Positions 22,270 to 33,232 of a stretch of DNA of 64,000 nt are shown here, in pieces. The position numbers and the translations under genes are program-made. The stretch comes from Alphaproteobacteria bacterium. Its GTDB lineage: Bacteria; Pseudomonadota; Alphaproteobacteria; MPNO01; UBA830. The notes under the pieces were generated by a model. It was not told the origin of the DNA. It was given only the letters and a program-made list of their open reading frames with translations, and did not search any database. Location: positions 3,296,001 through 3,360,000 of the forward strand of contig OZ251539.1 of assembly GCA_965243135.1 (NCBI GenBank), in the 5' to 3' direction. The first letter of the stretch is position 1; each line of letters starts with the position of its first letter.

Positions 22270-24453
22270 ATGAAAGACGTGGAAACCACTGTCGTCGCGG
22301 CCGACGGAGAGACCGCATCCGTCGGGGCCGAGGACGGCAAACGCGGCGGGCCGCTTCCGGGACCGCGATCGCCCAACCGCTTCATCAATCGCGAGCTGTC
22401 GTGGCTGGCGTTCAACGAGCGGGTGCTGGGAGAAGCGGAAAACCGGAATCATCCCTTGCTGGAGCGGGTTCGCTTCCTGTCGATTTCCGACAACAATCTG
22501 AACGAATTCTTCGCCGTCCGCATCGCCGGCCTCAAGGGACAGGTCCGCGCCGGCGTGACGGATCGCAGCGCCGACCGGCTGACGGCGGCGCAACAACTCC
22601 GGGCGGTCAACGAGCGCGCCGCCCGGCTCATGGAACAGCAACAGGCCGGCTGGGCGGAACTGCAGCGGCTGCTTCTCGGGAAGGGCATCGCCGTCGTCCA
22701 GCCCGACGAGTTGAACCGGACCGAGATGGAATGGCTCGAGTCGTATTTCATGGAGCAGGTTTTTTCGGTGTTGACCCCGGTCGCGGTCGACCCGGCCCAT
22801 CCATTTCCGTTCATTTCCAATTTCGGATTCTCGATCGTCCTGATGATGGAACGCCAGGACGAACGTCTCATCGGCCTGATCACGATTCCGCGCAGCCTTC
22901 CGAGATTTCTGCGCCTGCCGGGCGGCAAGATACGTTTCATCACGATCGAAAACGCGATTTCGCTTTTTCTCGACAAGCTGTTTCCGGGTTTCGCCTTTCT
23001 TTATCACGGCGTCTTCCAGATCATTCGCGACAGCGACATCGAGGTCGAGGAAGAGGCGGAAGATCTCGTTCGGCTGTACGAATCCGCGATCCGGGAACGC
23101 CGCCGCGGCTCGGTGATCCGGCTCGCGATCGAGGCCGGCCTGCCGGAGGAGATGAAGGAGTTCCTGCTCGCGCATCTCCGCGTGGACCACGAGGACGTCT
23201 TCACCGTTTCGGGCCTCCTCTCTCTGGTCGACGTCAGCGAAGTCATTCCCGACGACAGGCCCGATCTGCTCTTCAAGCGTTTCCGCACCCGTTTCCCGGA
23301 GCGGATTCGAGACCACAGCGGAGACTGCTTCGCCGCCATCAGCCAAAAGGACATCCTCGTTCATCATCCCTACGAGAGCTTCGACGTCGTCGTCCAGTTC
23401 GTCCGGCAAGCGGCGGCGGATCCCGACGTGGTCGCGATCAAGCAAACTCTCTACAGAACGAGCGAGGAATCGCCGATCGTGGCGGCGCTGATCGCGGCGG
23501 CGGAGTCGGGGAAGTCCGTAACCGCGCTGGTGGAGCTCAAGGCCCGCTTCGACGAGGAGCGCAACATCCGCTGGGCGCGGGATCTCGAACGCGCGGGCGT
23601 CCAGGTGGTCTACGGGTTCGTCCGGCTGAAGACCCACGCCAAGGTTTCCCTGGTCGTTCGCCAGGAGCGGCACGGCCTGCGATCCTACGTTCATTACGGA
23701 ACCGGCAACTACCATCCGATCACCGCGAAAATCTACACCGACCTGTCGCTGTTCACCTGCGATCCGGCGCTGTGCCGCGACGCCGCGGCATTGTTCAACT
23801 ACATGACCGGAACGGCGGCCCCGGAACGGCTGGAGAAGATTTCCATCTCGCCGCTCAACCTGAGGGACAAGATCGCGTCGCTCATCGACGGCGAGGTCGA
23901 AAACGCGCGGGCCGGGCAGCCGTCGGGCATTACGGTCAAGCTCAACTCCCTGGTCGATCCCGGCGTGATCGACCATCTCTACCGCGCCTCGCAGGCCGGA
24001 GTTCCGATCGACCTTATCGTGCGCGGCATCTGCTGCCTGCGCCCGGGCGTGCCGGGGCTTTCGGAAAACATCCGCGTGCACAGCATCGTCGGCCGCTTCC
24101 TCGAGCACAGCCGCATCGTCTGTTTCGCCGCCGGCCATGCGCTTCCGTCGAGATTGGCGAAGGTGTTCATTTCGTCCGCCGACTGGATGCCCCGCAATCT
24201 GGACCGCCGGGTGGAAACCCTGGTGCCGATAGAAAATCCTACGGTGCACCGACAGATCCTCGACCGGATCATCGGCGCCAATCTGAAGGACGACATGCAG
24301 ACATGGACGCTCGGACCGGACGGGGCATACACCCGCCTGCCTTCGGCAAAGAAGCCGTTTTCGGCGCACGACTACTTCATGACCAATCCGAGCCTGTCGG
24401 GACGCGGAAGCGCGCTCAAAAAGGAACGGAAGAAGCCGGCCCGGACCCCATAG
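22270..24453 (+). CDS. ppk1: Polyphosphate kinase 1
   Basis: [51 protein letters not shown]. Confidence 0.97.
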   Translation: MKDVETTVVAADGETASVGAEDGKRGGPLPGPRSPNRFINRELSWLAFNERVLGEAENRNHPLLERVRFLSISDNNLNEFFAVRIAGLKGQVRAGVTDRSADRLTAAQQLRAVNERAARLMEQQQAGWAELQRLLLGKGIAVVQPDELNRTEMEWLESYFMEQVFSVLTPVAVDPAHPFPFISNFGFSIVLMMERQDERLIGLITIPRSLPRFLRLPGGKIRFITIENAISLFLDKLFPGFAFLYHGVFQIIRDSDIEVEEEAEDLVRLYESAIRERRRGSVIRLAIEAGLPEEMKEFLLAHLRVDHEDVFTVSGLLSLVDVSEVIPDDRPDLLFKRFRTRFPERIRDHSGDCFAAISQKDILVHHPYESFDVVVQFVRQAAADPDVVAIKQTLYRTSEESPIVAALIAAAESGKSVTALVELKARFDEERNIRWARDLERAGVQVVYGFVRLKTHAKVSLVVRQERHGLRSYVHYGTGNYHPITAKIYTDLSLFTCDPALCRDAAALFNYMTGTAAPERLEKISISPLNLRDKIASLIDGEVENARAGQPSGITVKLNSLVDPGVIDHLYRASQAGVPIDLIVRGICCLRPGVPGLSENIRVHSIVGRFLEHSRIVCFAAGHALPSRLAKVFISSADWMPRNLDRRVETLVPIENPTVHRQILDRIIGANLKDDMQTWTLGPDGAYTRLPSAKKPFSAHDYFMTNPSLSGRGSALKKERKKPARTP

Positions 24454-24482
24454 GCCACCGCCGCGAGAGTTCGGAGACCGAC

Positions 24483-25976
24483 ATGCCGGCGCGGCCCGGC
24501 TCCTTCGCGGTGATCGATATCGGATCGAACTCGATCCGCCTGGTGATCTTCGATGTCTCGGCAGGGTATCCGCATCCGCGCTACAACGAGCGCGTGTTCT
24601 GCGCGCTCGGCTCCGACGTCGGGACGGCGGGAAGGCTGCCGCGGGACTCCATCGACGCCGCGCTCTCCTCCATCGTGCGGTTCGTCGAAGTCGTCAACCG
24701 ATCGGGGACCGACCGCCTCAAGGCGTTCGCCACGTCGGCGGTCCGCGACGCCGAAAACGGCCGCGCGCTCGTCTCGGCCGTCCGGGAGCGGACCGGATGC
24801 GAGGTCGACGTGGTCGAGGGCGACGACGAAGCGCGGCTTTCGGCGAAAGGCGTTCTGCACGGGCTTCACGCCCGCGACGGCATCGTCGCGGATTTGGGAG
24901 GCGGCAGCCTCGAGCTCGCCCGACTGCGCGACGGCGATATTTGCGAAGCGGTCTCGATCCCCATCGGCACCATGCGGCTCATGGCGAAATCCATGGGCGA
25001 TCTGGGCAGCATGGCGCGGGAAGTGGCGTTTCGCCTGGACAAACTGCATTGGCTCGAAAGCTGTCCGAAGCGAACGCTTTATCCGATCGGGGGCGCCTGG
25101 CGCGCGTTCGCCAGGCTTCGAATCGCGGAAAGCGGGTACCCGCTCAAGATCATCCACGGATATACGGTGCCCGCCCCCGCCGCTCGCGAAATGGCGCAGC
25201 TTCTCGCTGGCCTGGGCGAGCGCTCCCTCGCGCGAATGACCGATATCGCGGCCAAGCGGCGGCCCACGATGCCGTTGACGGGACTGATCATGCGGGAACT
25301 GATCGACCGCATGCGACCAGGCGAGGTGACGTTTTCGGCGACGGGAATTCGCGAAGGCTACACGTACGCCTGCCTCCCCGAGGACGCCGTGGCCCGGGAT
25401 CCGCTGATCGCGGGCGCCGACGCTCTCGCGGCAAGGGAGAATCACTCGGGCGACGCGACGAGCGCCCTGATGGCGTGGATGGCTCCGTTGCTGCCGCCGG
25501 AAAAACCGGCTCGCGAGCGACTCCAGCGCGCAGTCTGCGCATTATCCAACATGGCTTGGCGCGAACACCCGGACTACCGCGCTGCCTACGCTTTCGAGCG
25601 TTCGATCCAGCATCCGTTTCTCGGCATCGCCCATGGAGACCGGGCGTTCATCGGCGTGTCTCTCTATCTCCGGTACGGGGGAAAGCTCGAAGACGCCCGG
25701 ATCGCGCCGTATCTGGAATTGCTGTCGAAACGGGCGGTTCGGCGCGCCGCCGTTCTGGGCCATGCGCTGCGTCTCGGCTACCTCATTTCCGGGGGAAGTC
25801 CGGAATTGCTTCGACAGGCCGGGCTGGAGGTGCACAAAGGCAAGATCTCGATGCAGCTGCCGGGCAACGGCGCCGCGCCCGACCCGGGCAGGGTCGAGCG
25901 CGAATTCGAGCGGCTGTGCGCGGCTCATCGTCACCGCGTCGGCGCGGTGACGATCGAGGACTGCGGCTTGTCCTGA
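24483..25976 (+). CDS. ppx: Ppx/GppA exopolyphosphatase
   Basis: IDIGSNSIRL, ATSAVRDAEN, DLGGGSLEL, GIREG; follows ppk1. Confidence 0.93.
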   Translation: MPARPGSFAVIDIGSNSIRLVIFDVSAGYPHPRYNERVFCALGSDVGTAGRLPRDSIDAALSSIVRFVEVVNRSGTDRLKAFATSAVRDAENGRALVSAVRERTGCEVDVVEGDDEARLSAKGVLHGLHARDGIVADLGGGSLELARLRDGDICEAVSIPIGTMRLMAKSMGDLGSMAREVAFRLDKLHWLESCPKRTLYPIGGAWRAFARLRIAESGYPLKIIHGYTVPAPAAREMAQLLAGLGERSLARMTDIAAKRRPTMPLTGLIMRELIDRMRPGEVTFSATGIREGYTYACLPEDAVARDPLIAGADALAARENHSGDATSALMAWMAPLLPPEKPARERLQRAVCALSNMAWREHPDYRAAYAFERSIQHPFLGIAHGDRAFIGVSLYLRYGGKLEDARIAPYLELLSKRAVRRAAVLGHALRLGYLISGGSPELLRQAGLEVHKGKISMQLPGNGAAPDPGRVEREFERLCAAHRHRVGAVTIEDCGLS

Positions 25977-26269
25977 CGCCCGGAGACGCGCCGTAGCCCG
26001 CCCGAGGGGCCGGCAGGTTCGCGAACGCAACGGCTTGCCGGCTCGCCGTCCGCGACGGAAATCCCGAACCGCGAGCACGGCGACCGCAGCGAGAACCGAG
26101 GCGTGGTCGATCGGCCCGGAGGCAGTCTCGCGCGCGTTTTCCGGAACTCGCGAGCTTGTCCCGTTTTCAAGGACGTTCGACGACGCAAGCCGACTTGGCG
26201 GACAAACTGCCGCTCGGCCGGCTATCGCGCGCGAGTCCTGGCTGCCCGACGTTCGGGACAAGCCGCCGG

Positions 26270-27757
26270 TTACATGCCCCAGATCTCGACGTTCGATTCC
26301 GTGCGGCGGAAAATCTTCTCGCTCCAGAGCTTCTTCTCGTCGCGGTCGAAGATCACAAGGTGGCCCGTCTCCGCCGCGCAGCGGTCCATGTAGCCCGCAA
26401 CCTGCTCCAGCCCCGCGGCGACCGTCGCCTCCAGGCTCCCGCGCAGCATCTTGCACTCGACCACGAACTTCTGCTCGCCGCCGCCCTTCGGCCAGACGAT
26501 CAGCAGGTCGACGCGCCCCCGGCCCAGCCCGAACTCCCGCCCGCCCGCCGCCGTTGAGCACCCGTTGCAGAAACGCCTGCAACAGAAGCTGAGGCCAGGC
26601 CTCCGGGTACGCGAAGCGGTTCTTCCAGTGCTCCGAGTTCTCTCGGAAGAACGTCTGGAACGCCGCCCTTCGCCGCGTCGAGGCCGCCGCCTGCGCCAAC
26701 GTACCAGGCCCTGCCTGAGCGCCGCCTGCGCCTTCCAGGACAGTTCGCGCGGAATCACCTCGGCATAGACCGGATTGGCGATGCGGAGCGGTCCGTCCTT
26801 CGCGAGCAGGCCCAGATCCCGCGCGTATTCGATGTCCCGGTCGGCGACGGCGCTCTCGTCTCCGCCGGCGAGGGTCGGCTCGATCACCTGCCGGACGCGC
26901 TCCTCCTCCAGCCTGTACGCCAACTGGTCCAGGTGAGTCGCCCGGCTCAGGATGAGCCGCTCCCGCGCGTCGGCGATGTCGCCGCCCGTCACGGCGCGCG
27001 AGCGGTCGCGCCCGGCCGCGCTCTCGAAGCAGGCTTCCTGCGCCAACGCGTTCACCAGCCACGGCTGGCCAAGGGTCTGCTCCCACACCGTCTCCTGCGC
27101 CTCCGCCGTGAACGCCTGCCCCGTCTCGGCGGTATGCTGGCCGAGCAGCGCCAGCGTTTCCTCCCGGCTGAAGTCGCCCAGACGCAGCGACTTCGCGACG
27201 ATGTTGAAGGGACTGCCCGTCGAGTCCATGCGGTAGTCGCGCACGTCCCGCATCCCGCACAGCACGACGCTCTGCGGAAACGCCTCCAGACGCTTGGGGT
27301 AGCCCGCGCGCAACTGCCGGAGCACGGAAAGCAACGATCCGCCCTGCAATGCGTCGATCTCGTCGATCAGCAGCACCAGCGGCTTCGGCGACGCCGCGTC
27401 GGGTCCGGATTCCGCGAGAACGCCGGGCCAGACTTCGGCCAGCAACGGATCGCCGAGCTCGTCCCGTGCCGCGTTAGCCAGCCTGGCGAGCACCGTCCGC
27501 ATCGTTTTCTCCGCGCCTTTCTCCGAGGCGCCCGCCCCCTCGACGGTGGCGTACAGGCAATGGTAGCCCTGCCGGCTCAGCAGATCCCGCAGGGCGAGCA
27601 GAACGGACGTCTTGCCCGTCTGCCTCGGGGCGCGAAGCACGAAATACTTTTCGTCCCGAACGAGCCGGAGCGCCTCGTCCATATCCAGACGCTCCAGCGC
27701 CGGGATGCAATAGTGCTTTTCGGGCTTGACCGGGCCAGCCGTGTTGAAGAAACGCAT
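26270..27757 (-). pseudogene. AAA ATPase (MRFFNTAGP family) with C-terminal PD-(D/E)XK-like domain; three compensating frameshifts
   Basis: APRQTGKTS, LLIDEID, GRVDLLI..FVVECK. The family-like segments AWYVG..GLD and AAFQTFFRENSEHW..LLQAFLQRVLNGGG lie in other frames between ~26545 and 26715. Confidence 0.75.
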
Positions 27758-28011
27758 GGTCGAAACGGCTTTCGCTACGCTGCCGCGCGATCATAACCCG
27801 AAAAGCCGCCGCGCGCACGATGCCGGAAGCGCGACAATCGGGGCGAACGCGCCGCCAGGGACCGTACCGGGGTCGTCGGAGCCAGCCGCCTGCGCGCCAC
27901 AGCGGCCGGATATTCGTTTTGGATCTTGCCTGGCGCATCGTCTATGCAAAATGATTGACACGGAACAACATATTTTCTATCGAGCGTCTTGGACTACGGA
28001 AAGGCGCTTCC

Positions 28012-28550
28012 ATGCCCAAGAAGTACATCGTCCGGCTGACGGCCGAGGAACGCAACATCTGCCACGAAACGATCCGCAGGCTGAAAGGGAGCGGCGAGAG
28101 GGCTCAACGCGCCCGGATTCTGTTGAAGGCGGACGCCGACGGGCCGGCATGGACGGATCGGAAGATCGCGGAAGCGTTCTCGTGCCCGAGGCAAACGATC
28201 GAGAAAATCCGCCGGAGGTTCGTCGAGGGCGGTTTCGAGCGGGCGCTGAAGCGGAAGCGGCGGAAGCTTCCGCCGAGGCCGAAGATTCTGGACGGCGAGG
28301 CGGGAGCCAAGGTCATCTCCCTGTACCAGGGGCAGCCCCCGGAGGGGTACGCCAACTGGTCGTTGCGGTTGCTGGCCGGAAAGGCGGTGGAACTGGGGAT
28401 CGTGGACTCCATAAGCCACGAAACGGTGAGACAGACGCTAAAAAGAAACGGCTTCTCCTGCAAGAGGGAACCCCGGGCGATTCCGCCCGAAGGCGGAGTT
28501 CGCAGCGCGCCAAGCGCTTGAGATCCATCGCCCTTTCAAGTTTGAAGCGC
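28012..28550 (+). mobile_element. IS630-family transposase remnant (HTH part only; DDE domain deleted)
   Basis: MPKKYIVRLTAEER, RARILLKAD, PPEGYANWSLRLLA, SISHETVRQTLK, then loss of similarity. Confidence 0.8.
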
Positions 28551-29202
28551 AACACGCGTGGCGGCTGACCGACCGTTTGCATGTTGCGGAGAGGTCAGGC
28601 TGGCGAGTTCAAAACCGGAGGCCAACGCCTGCCATCACCGTTTTCACTTTCGCGAGCCGCTTCGGCTGACGGCTTCGAACGAGCCCATGGTTTTCGGCGG
28701 CGGAAGTCCGCTCGCTCGACCGGACGACGCTCTCGTTCGACGGAACCGTTGCCTGGCGTTTCGCCGCTTGCGGCGCATGTTGTCGCGCGCCTCCGGCGGC
28801 GAACCAACTGCAGGTGCGAGGCCTGCCGCGACGATCATCGTCGGAAGCGCGCGGCTTTCCCTGGCGAGGGCGCTTGCCGTCGCGTCGCGCCGGCCCTGGT
28901 TTCCGCGGCGAGGGCATCGACCTTGCCGTCGAGGCTCGCGAAACCGGCGTCGTTGTCGCCGCGCGTCGCCTTTGGCGGCGGCGCCTTCCGTCGGCGTTCG
29001 CTTCCGCCTGACGGCCTCCTGGCCGTGCGTTGAGCGTGTCGAACGTGCTTGCAACCATGGTCGCCTACTGCGGGCGGGGCAGGATTTCCCGGAGCGACAG
29101 GTTCGCTCGCCTCCGCGCTTTTCCCCGCCGGCGGCCCGTGCCGCCGCGGAAACTGCCGGCTGCTTGCCGCACGACGCAAACAGGCCTGCCGCCGCCGACT
29201 TC

Positions 29203-29231
29203 TTGACGGCTCCGGCGCCGCGGCCTACTCT
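29203..29231 (+). promoter_or_regulatory. Putative leaderless sigma70 promoter of AAA/PD-(D/E)XK copy 2
   Basis: TTGACG-17 nt-TACTCT-6 nt-ATG; near-identical upstream of copy 3. Confidence 0.55.
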
Positions 29232-29237
29232 CTTCGA

Positions 29238-30773
29238 ATGACGCAACGCATGCTCCCGATCGGCTTTTCCTCCCTCCGGGAGATCCGGGGGATGGACTGC
29301 TACTACGTCGACAAGACGGACCATGTCCGCCGCCTCGTCGAGAGGGGCAAGTACTATTTCCTGTCGCGTCCGCGCCGGTTCGGCAAGACCCTCCTGGTGG
29401 ACACGCTGCAGAAGCTGTTCGAGGGAAGCGAAGAGCTGTTTCGGGGCCTCGCCGTGCACGACAAGTGGGACTGGTCAACACGCCATCCTGTCGTGCGGAT
29501 CAGCTTCGGCGGGGGCAATTTCGACTCCCCGGACCTAATTCGGGGAAACGTGGAAGACCAGTTGGAGGAAACGGAGCGGCTGGCCGGCCTCGAACCGGGT
29601 CCCGCCGAGGCGGCGGTCCGTTTCCGGCGCCTGATAAGGACGCTGCACGAGCGCGCCGGGCAGCGGGCGGTCGTTCTGGTGGACGAATACGACAAGCCGA
29701 TTCTGGACGCGCTCGGCGACCGGGAACTGGCGACGGCCAATCGCGACTTCCTGCGCGGCTTCTACGCGATGATCAAGGAGTGTGACGAGCAGCTCCGTTT
29801 CGTTTTCCTGACGGGGGTGAGCAAGTTCTCGAAGTCCGGCCTGTTCTCGGGCCTGAACAACCTGCGCGACATCACGCTGGCGCCGGAGTTCTCGGACATC
29901 TGCGGCTGCACGGACGCGGAACTGGACGCGGTCTTCGCCCCGGAACTCGAGGGCCTGGACCGGGACGAAATCCGCCGCTGGTACAACGGCTACAACTGGT
30001 GCGGGCCGGAGAAGCTCTACAATCCGTTCGGCCTCCTGCTGCTGTTCGCCGAGCGCAGGTTCGGCAACTACTGGTTCCAGAGCGGCACGCCGACCTTCCT
30101 GGTCGAGACGCTGACGCGCCGCAACCTGCCCACTCCCCGCCTGGACGGCATGATCGGCAGCGAGAGCCTGCTCTCGACCTTCGACGTGGACAGGATCGCG
30201 ATCGAAGCGCTTCTGTTCCAGACCGGTTACCTCACCATCGCCGGCGAGAAGGACGGGCGCTACAGGCTGGACTACCCGAACCTCGAGGTGCGCCAGAGCC
30301 TGGGCGAGGCCCTGCTGGGAGAGCTGCTCCCGGCCGAGGCCCGCGAGGAGGCAGAGAACCTGCGGCTGGGCGAACTGCTGGAGGCGAACAACTTCGAGCG
30401 TCTCGAAACCCTGTTCCGCGGCATTTTTGCCGCCATCCCGCACCAGTGGTACATGAACAGCCCGGTCGCGAAGTACGAGGCCCACTACGCGAGCGTCATC
30501 CACAGCTGCTTCCTGATGGAAGGCCTCGAGCCGGTGGCCGAGGACAGTGGCAGCCGGGGGCGCGCCGACATGGCGATTCGCGCCGGCGGGCGCGTCTACC
30601 TGTTCGAGTTCAAGGTGGTGGAGCGCGGGCGGGAGGGAACCGCGCTCGCGCAGTTGCGGGAAAAGGGCTACGCGGACAAGTACCGCCATCTCGGGCGTTC
30701 GGTCCACCTGATCGGGGTGGAGTTCAGCCGCGAGGAGCGCAACGTCGTAGGCTTCGATTGCGAAGCCGCCTGA
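29238..30773 (+). CDS. AAA-ATPase-like + PD-(D/E)XK nuclease protein, copy 2 (intact)
   Basis: YYVDKT, RPRRFGKT, LVDEYDKP, LTGVSKF, GRADM..YLFEFK, GYADKY. Confidence 0.9.
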   Translation: MTQRMLPIGFSSLREIRGMDCYYVDKTDHVRRLVERGKYYFLSRPRRFGKTLLVDTLQKLFEGSEELFRGLAVHDKWDWSTRHPVVRISFGGGNFDSPDLIRGNVEDQLEETERLAGLEPGPAEAAVRFRRLIRTLHERAGQRAVVLVDEYDKPILDALGDRELATANRDFLRGFYAMIKECDEQLRFVFLTGVSKFSKSGLFSGLNNLRDITLAPEFSDICGCTDAELDAVFAPELEGLDRDEIRRWYNGYNWCGPEKLYNPFGLLLLFAERRFGNYWFQSGTPTFLVETLTRRNLPTPRLDGMIGSESLLSTFDVDRIAIEALLFQTGYLTIAGEKDGRYRLDYPNLEVRQSLGEALLGELLPAEAREEAENLRLGELLEANNFERLETLFRGIFAAIPHQWYMNSPVAKYEAHYASVIHSCFLMEGLEPVAEDSGSRGRADMAIRAGGRVYLFEFKVVERGREGTALAQLREKGYADKYRHLGRSVHLIGVEFSREERNVVGFDCEAA

Positions 30774-31160
30774 ACGGCTTCCCGTCACGGCCGCCTCCGC
30801 GAAAGACCGCCACGCCGGAGCGCCTGCCCGCGCCCCAACGCGAAGATCATCCGCCCTCGGGGACGAACCCGGCATCGCAGTGCGCTCCCTCAAACCGGAT
30901 CGCATTCACGACCCCGCACGCGGTCTACGTCAATCGTCCCGGCGCGCGTTGTCGGCGCATAGCAGTTCCGGAACCAGCTCTCCGAGCGCCGCCCCAACTC
31001 CGATCTCTTTCGCGAGGGTTCATCGTCGTCCGGAGACGGACCGACCTCTGAAGGGAGGCGGCCCGCTCCAACAGGTCCAGCGAGAGTCGACGACAGGTAT
31101 CCAGCCGGGTTCGCTCCAACGACGGCGCGCGGCAGCCGCGGATCGCCGACGACGCCCCGT

Positions 31161-31856
31161 TCACAGCGACAGTCGGGTGACGCCGCCGTGATTGCCCGAC
31201 CAGGCGAGCGGATCCTCCAAGAACGCTTCGACTTCGGCGAGGGTCACCCGGTCGAAATACTCATTCTCCTTGCTGACGTTGAGCACGTCCCACCAAGTCG
31301 CAAGGTAATGCAGCCGCAGATCGTGCTCGATCAGCTTCTCCCGGGTCTGCGGGAATATGTCGTAGTAGAAGATCACGAGGGTGTCGGTGACCACGGCGCC
31401 GGCGCGGCGCAGCGCCTCGCAGAAATTGATCTTGCTTCCGCCGTCGGTGGTCAGATCCTCGACCAGCAGCACGCGCTGGCCCTCTTCGAGATCGCCCTCG
31501 ATCTGCGCGTCGCGGCCGAACCCCTTGGGCTTCTTCCGCACGTACTGCATCGGCAGGCTGAGCTTCTCCGCGAGAAACGCCGCGAAGGGAATGCCCGCCG
31601 TTTCGCCGCCCGCCACCGCGTCGAACTTCTCGAAACCGATTTCGCGCAACACGATCGACGCCGCGAAATCCATCAACGTCGCCCGGATCCGCGGATACGA
31701 AATCAGCTTGCGGCAGTCGATGTAGACGGGACTCGCCAGCCCGGAGGTGAACACGTAAGGCTTGTCCGCCCGGAAGCGGACCGCCTGGATCTCGATCAGC
31801 ATTCCAGCGGTCATTTCCGCTATCAGCTTCCTGTCCGGAAACGTGTTCGAAAACAT
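31161..31856 (-). CDS. pyrE: Orotate phosphoribosyltransferase
   Basis: [33 protein letters not shown] motif [13 protein letters not shown]. Confidence 0.93.
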   Translation of the reverse strand: MFSNTFPDRKLIAEMTAGMLIEIQAVRFRADKPYVFTSGLASPVYIDCRKLISYPRIRATLMDFAASIVLREIGFEKFDAVAGGETAGIPFAAFLAEKLSLPMQYVRKKPKGFGRDAQIEGDLEEGQRVLLVEDLTTDGGSKINFCEALRRAGAVVTDTLVIFYYDIFPQTREKLIEHDLRLHYLATWWDVLNVSKENEYFDRVTLAEVEAFLEDPLAWSGNHGGVTRLSL

Positions 31857-31952
31857 CGCCGATCTCCCCAACGTTTCCGGCCTCTTCGGACGCGGCCTCG
31901 TGTATAGACGGAATCGGTTTCGGTTGGAACGCTGCCGCGGGCGGCGCGGAAT

Positions 31953-33218
31953 TCAGCCGCAGTCGCGCACGAAGCGGCGCAGCACCGCGTAACCGGCCAT
32001 GAAGTCCTCGATCGCCATCGCTTCCTCCGGGTTGTGCGACCCGTTCTCGTTGCGCACGAAGATCATGCCGGTCGGCACGCCGGCGTTGGCGAAGACCGCC
32101 GCATCGTGGCCGGCCCCGCTCGGCACCGTTTCGTCCGCGAAGCCCTCGGCCCGGCAGGCGGCCCGCAACCCGTCCACGACGTCGCGGTCGCATCGCGCCG
32201 GCGCCGAGCGAATCACCGGATCGAACTCGAACCTGACCTTCCGGTCGCGCGTCACCGCGTCGCACTCCTCCGCCAGAAGCGCCAGCATTCCGTCGAGGGT
32301 CTCCTCGGATTCGCTGCGCGCCTCGAAACTGAAATCCGCCTCGCCGGGCACGCGCGACATGGCGTCATGATCGGGATCCGTGTGCAAGGTGCCCACCGTG
32401 AGCACGAGGTCGCCGCCGAGTTGCTGGATGGTCCGCCAATGCTCGTCGAGACGCATGACGAGGTCGGAAACGGCGAAGACGGCGTCGCGCCGCAACCAGC
32501 GGGGAACGGCCCCGGAGTGTCCGCTTTCCCCAAGACAGCGGATTCTCCGATGGCGGACATTGCCCCGAATCCCGGTGACCGCCGCCGCGCGCAGGTTGCG
32601 GTCGACGAGGACCGGACCCTGCTCGATGTGAAGCTCAAGGAACAACCGTATTCTCCGCAAGTCGAGAAGAGGCTCGCCTCTCATGATGGCCCGGGTGTCG
32701 GCGCCGACGGCCTTCATGCAGGTCTCGAGGGCGCGGCCGGTATCGCGATGCGCCGCTTTCAGATCTTCGGGCGGGAGCTCGCCGACGAGCGCCCGCGAAC
32801 CCATGCAAGCGCGACCGAACCATGCGCTTTCCTCTCCTCTCAGAGCGATCGCGCGGACGGGCGTTCGCGGGCGCCGCCCGCTCCTCTTGATCTCGGCCAG
32901 CAACAGCAGGCCGGCGATTACGCCCGCCAACCCGTCGAAATTGCCGCCGTGAGGCACCGAGTCCACGTGCGAGCCGACAAGGGCGAACCGTTCGGGCTCG
33001 TCTTCCTCCAGCTGGAAGACCGCGTTGGCGGCCCGGTCGCGCCGGAAAACCAGGCCCTCCCGCGCCGCGAAATCCTCCAGCACGGCAATCGTGTCGGTCT
33101 CGACCTCGCCGTAGGACGGGCGCGACACGCCGGGGCCGTCCGCCGAAACCGCGGCGACCCTGTCGAAGAGCTCCTCCGCGGCCTGGCCGATCGCGCCGTC
33201 GCTGGCGAGGGAAATCAT
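31953..33218 (-). CDS. Zn-dependent amidase, hydantoinase/N-carbamoylase (M20) family
   Basis: GSHVDSVPHGGNFDG, RGEES, ELHIEQGP, SGAGHDA, GSHNPEE. Confidence 0.9.
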   Translation of the reverse strand: MISLASDGAIGQAAEELFDRVAAVSADGPGVSRPSYGEVETDTIAVLEDFAAREGLVFRRDRAANAVFQLEEDEPERFALVGSHVDSVPHGGNFDGLAGVIAGLLLLAEIKRSGRRPRTPVRAIALRGEESAWFGRACMGSRALVGELPPEDLKAAHRDTGRALETCMKAVGADTRAIMRGEPLLDLRRIRLFLELHIEQGPVLVDRNLRAAAVTGIRGNVRHRRIRCLGESGHSGAVPRWLRRDAVFAVSDLVMRLDEHWRTIQQLGGDLVLTVGTLHTDPDHDAMSRVPGEADFSFEARSESEETLDGMLALLAEECDAVTRDRKVRFEFDPVIRSAPARCDRDVVDGLRAACRAEGFADETVPSGAGHDAAVFANAGVPTGMIFVRNENGSHNPEEAMAIEDFMAGYAVLRRFVRDCG

Positions 33219-33232
33219 TGCCGGCCCGCGTC

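Noticed and set aside
22401-25976. Apparent 1191-aa Ppk-Ppx fusion
   Set aside because: The N-terminal ~690 aa is an off-frame read through ppk1. The real ppx starts at 24483, after the ppk1 stop.
28558-29200. Overlapping ORFs and GC-rich hairpins between IS630 and AAA copy 2
   Set aside because: Low-complexity translations, with no identifiable RNA family or repeat unit.
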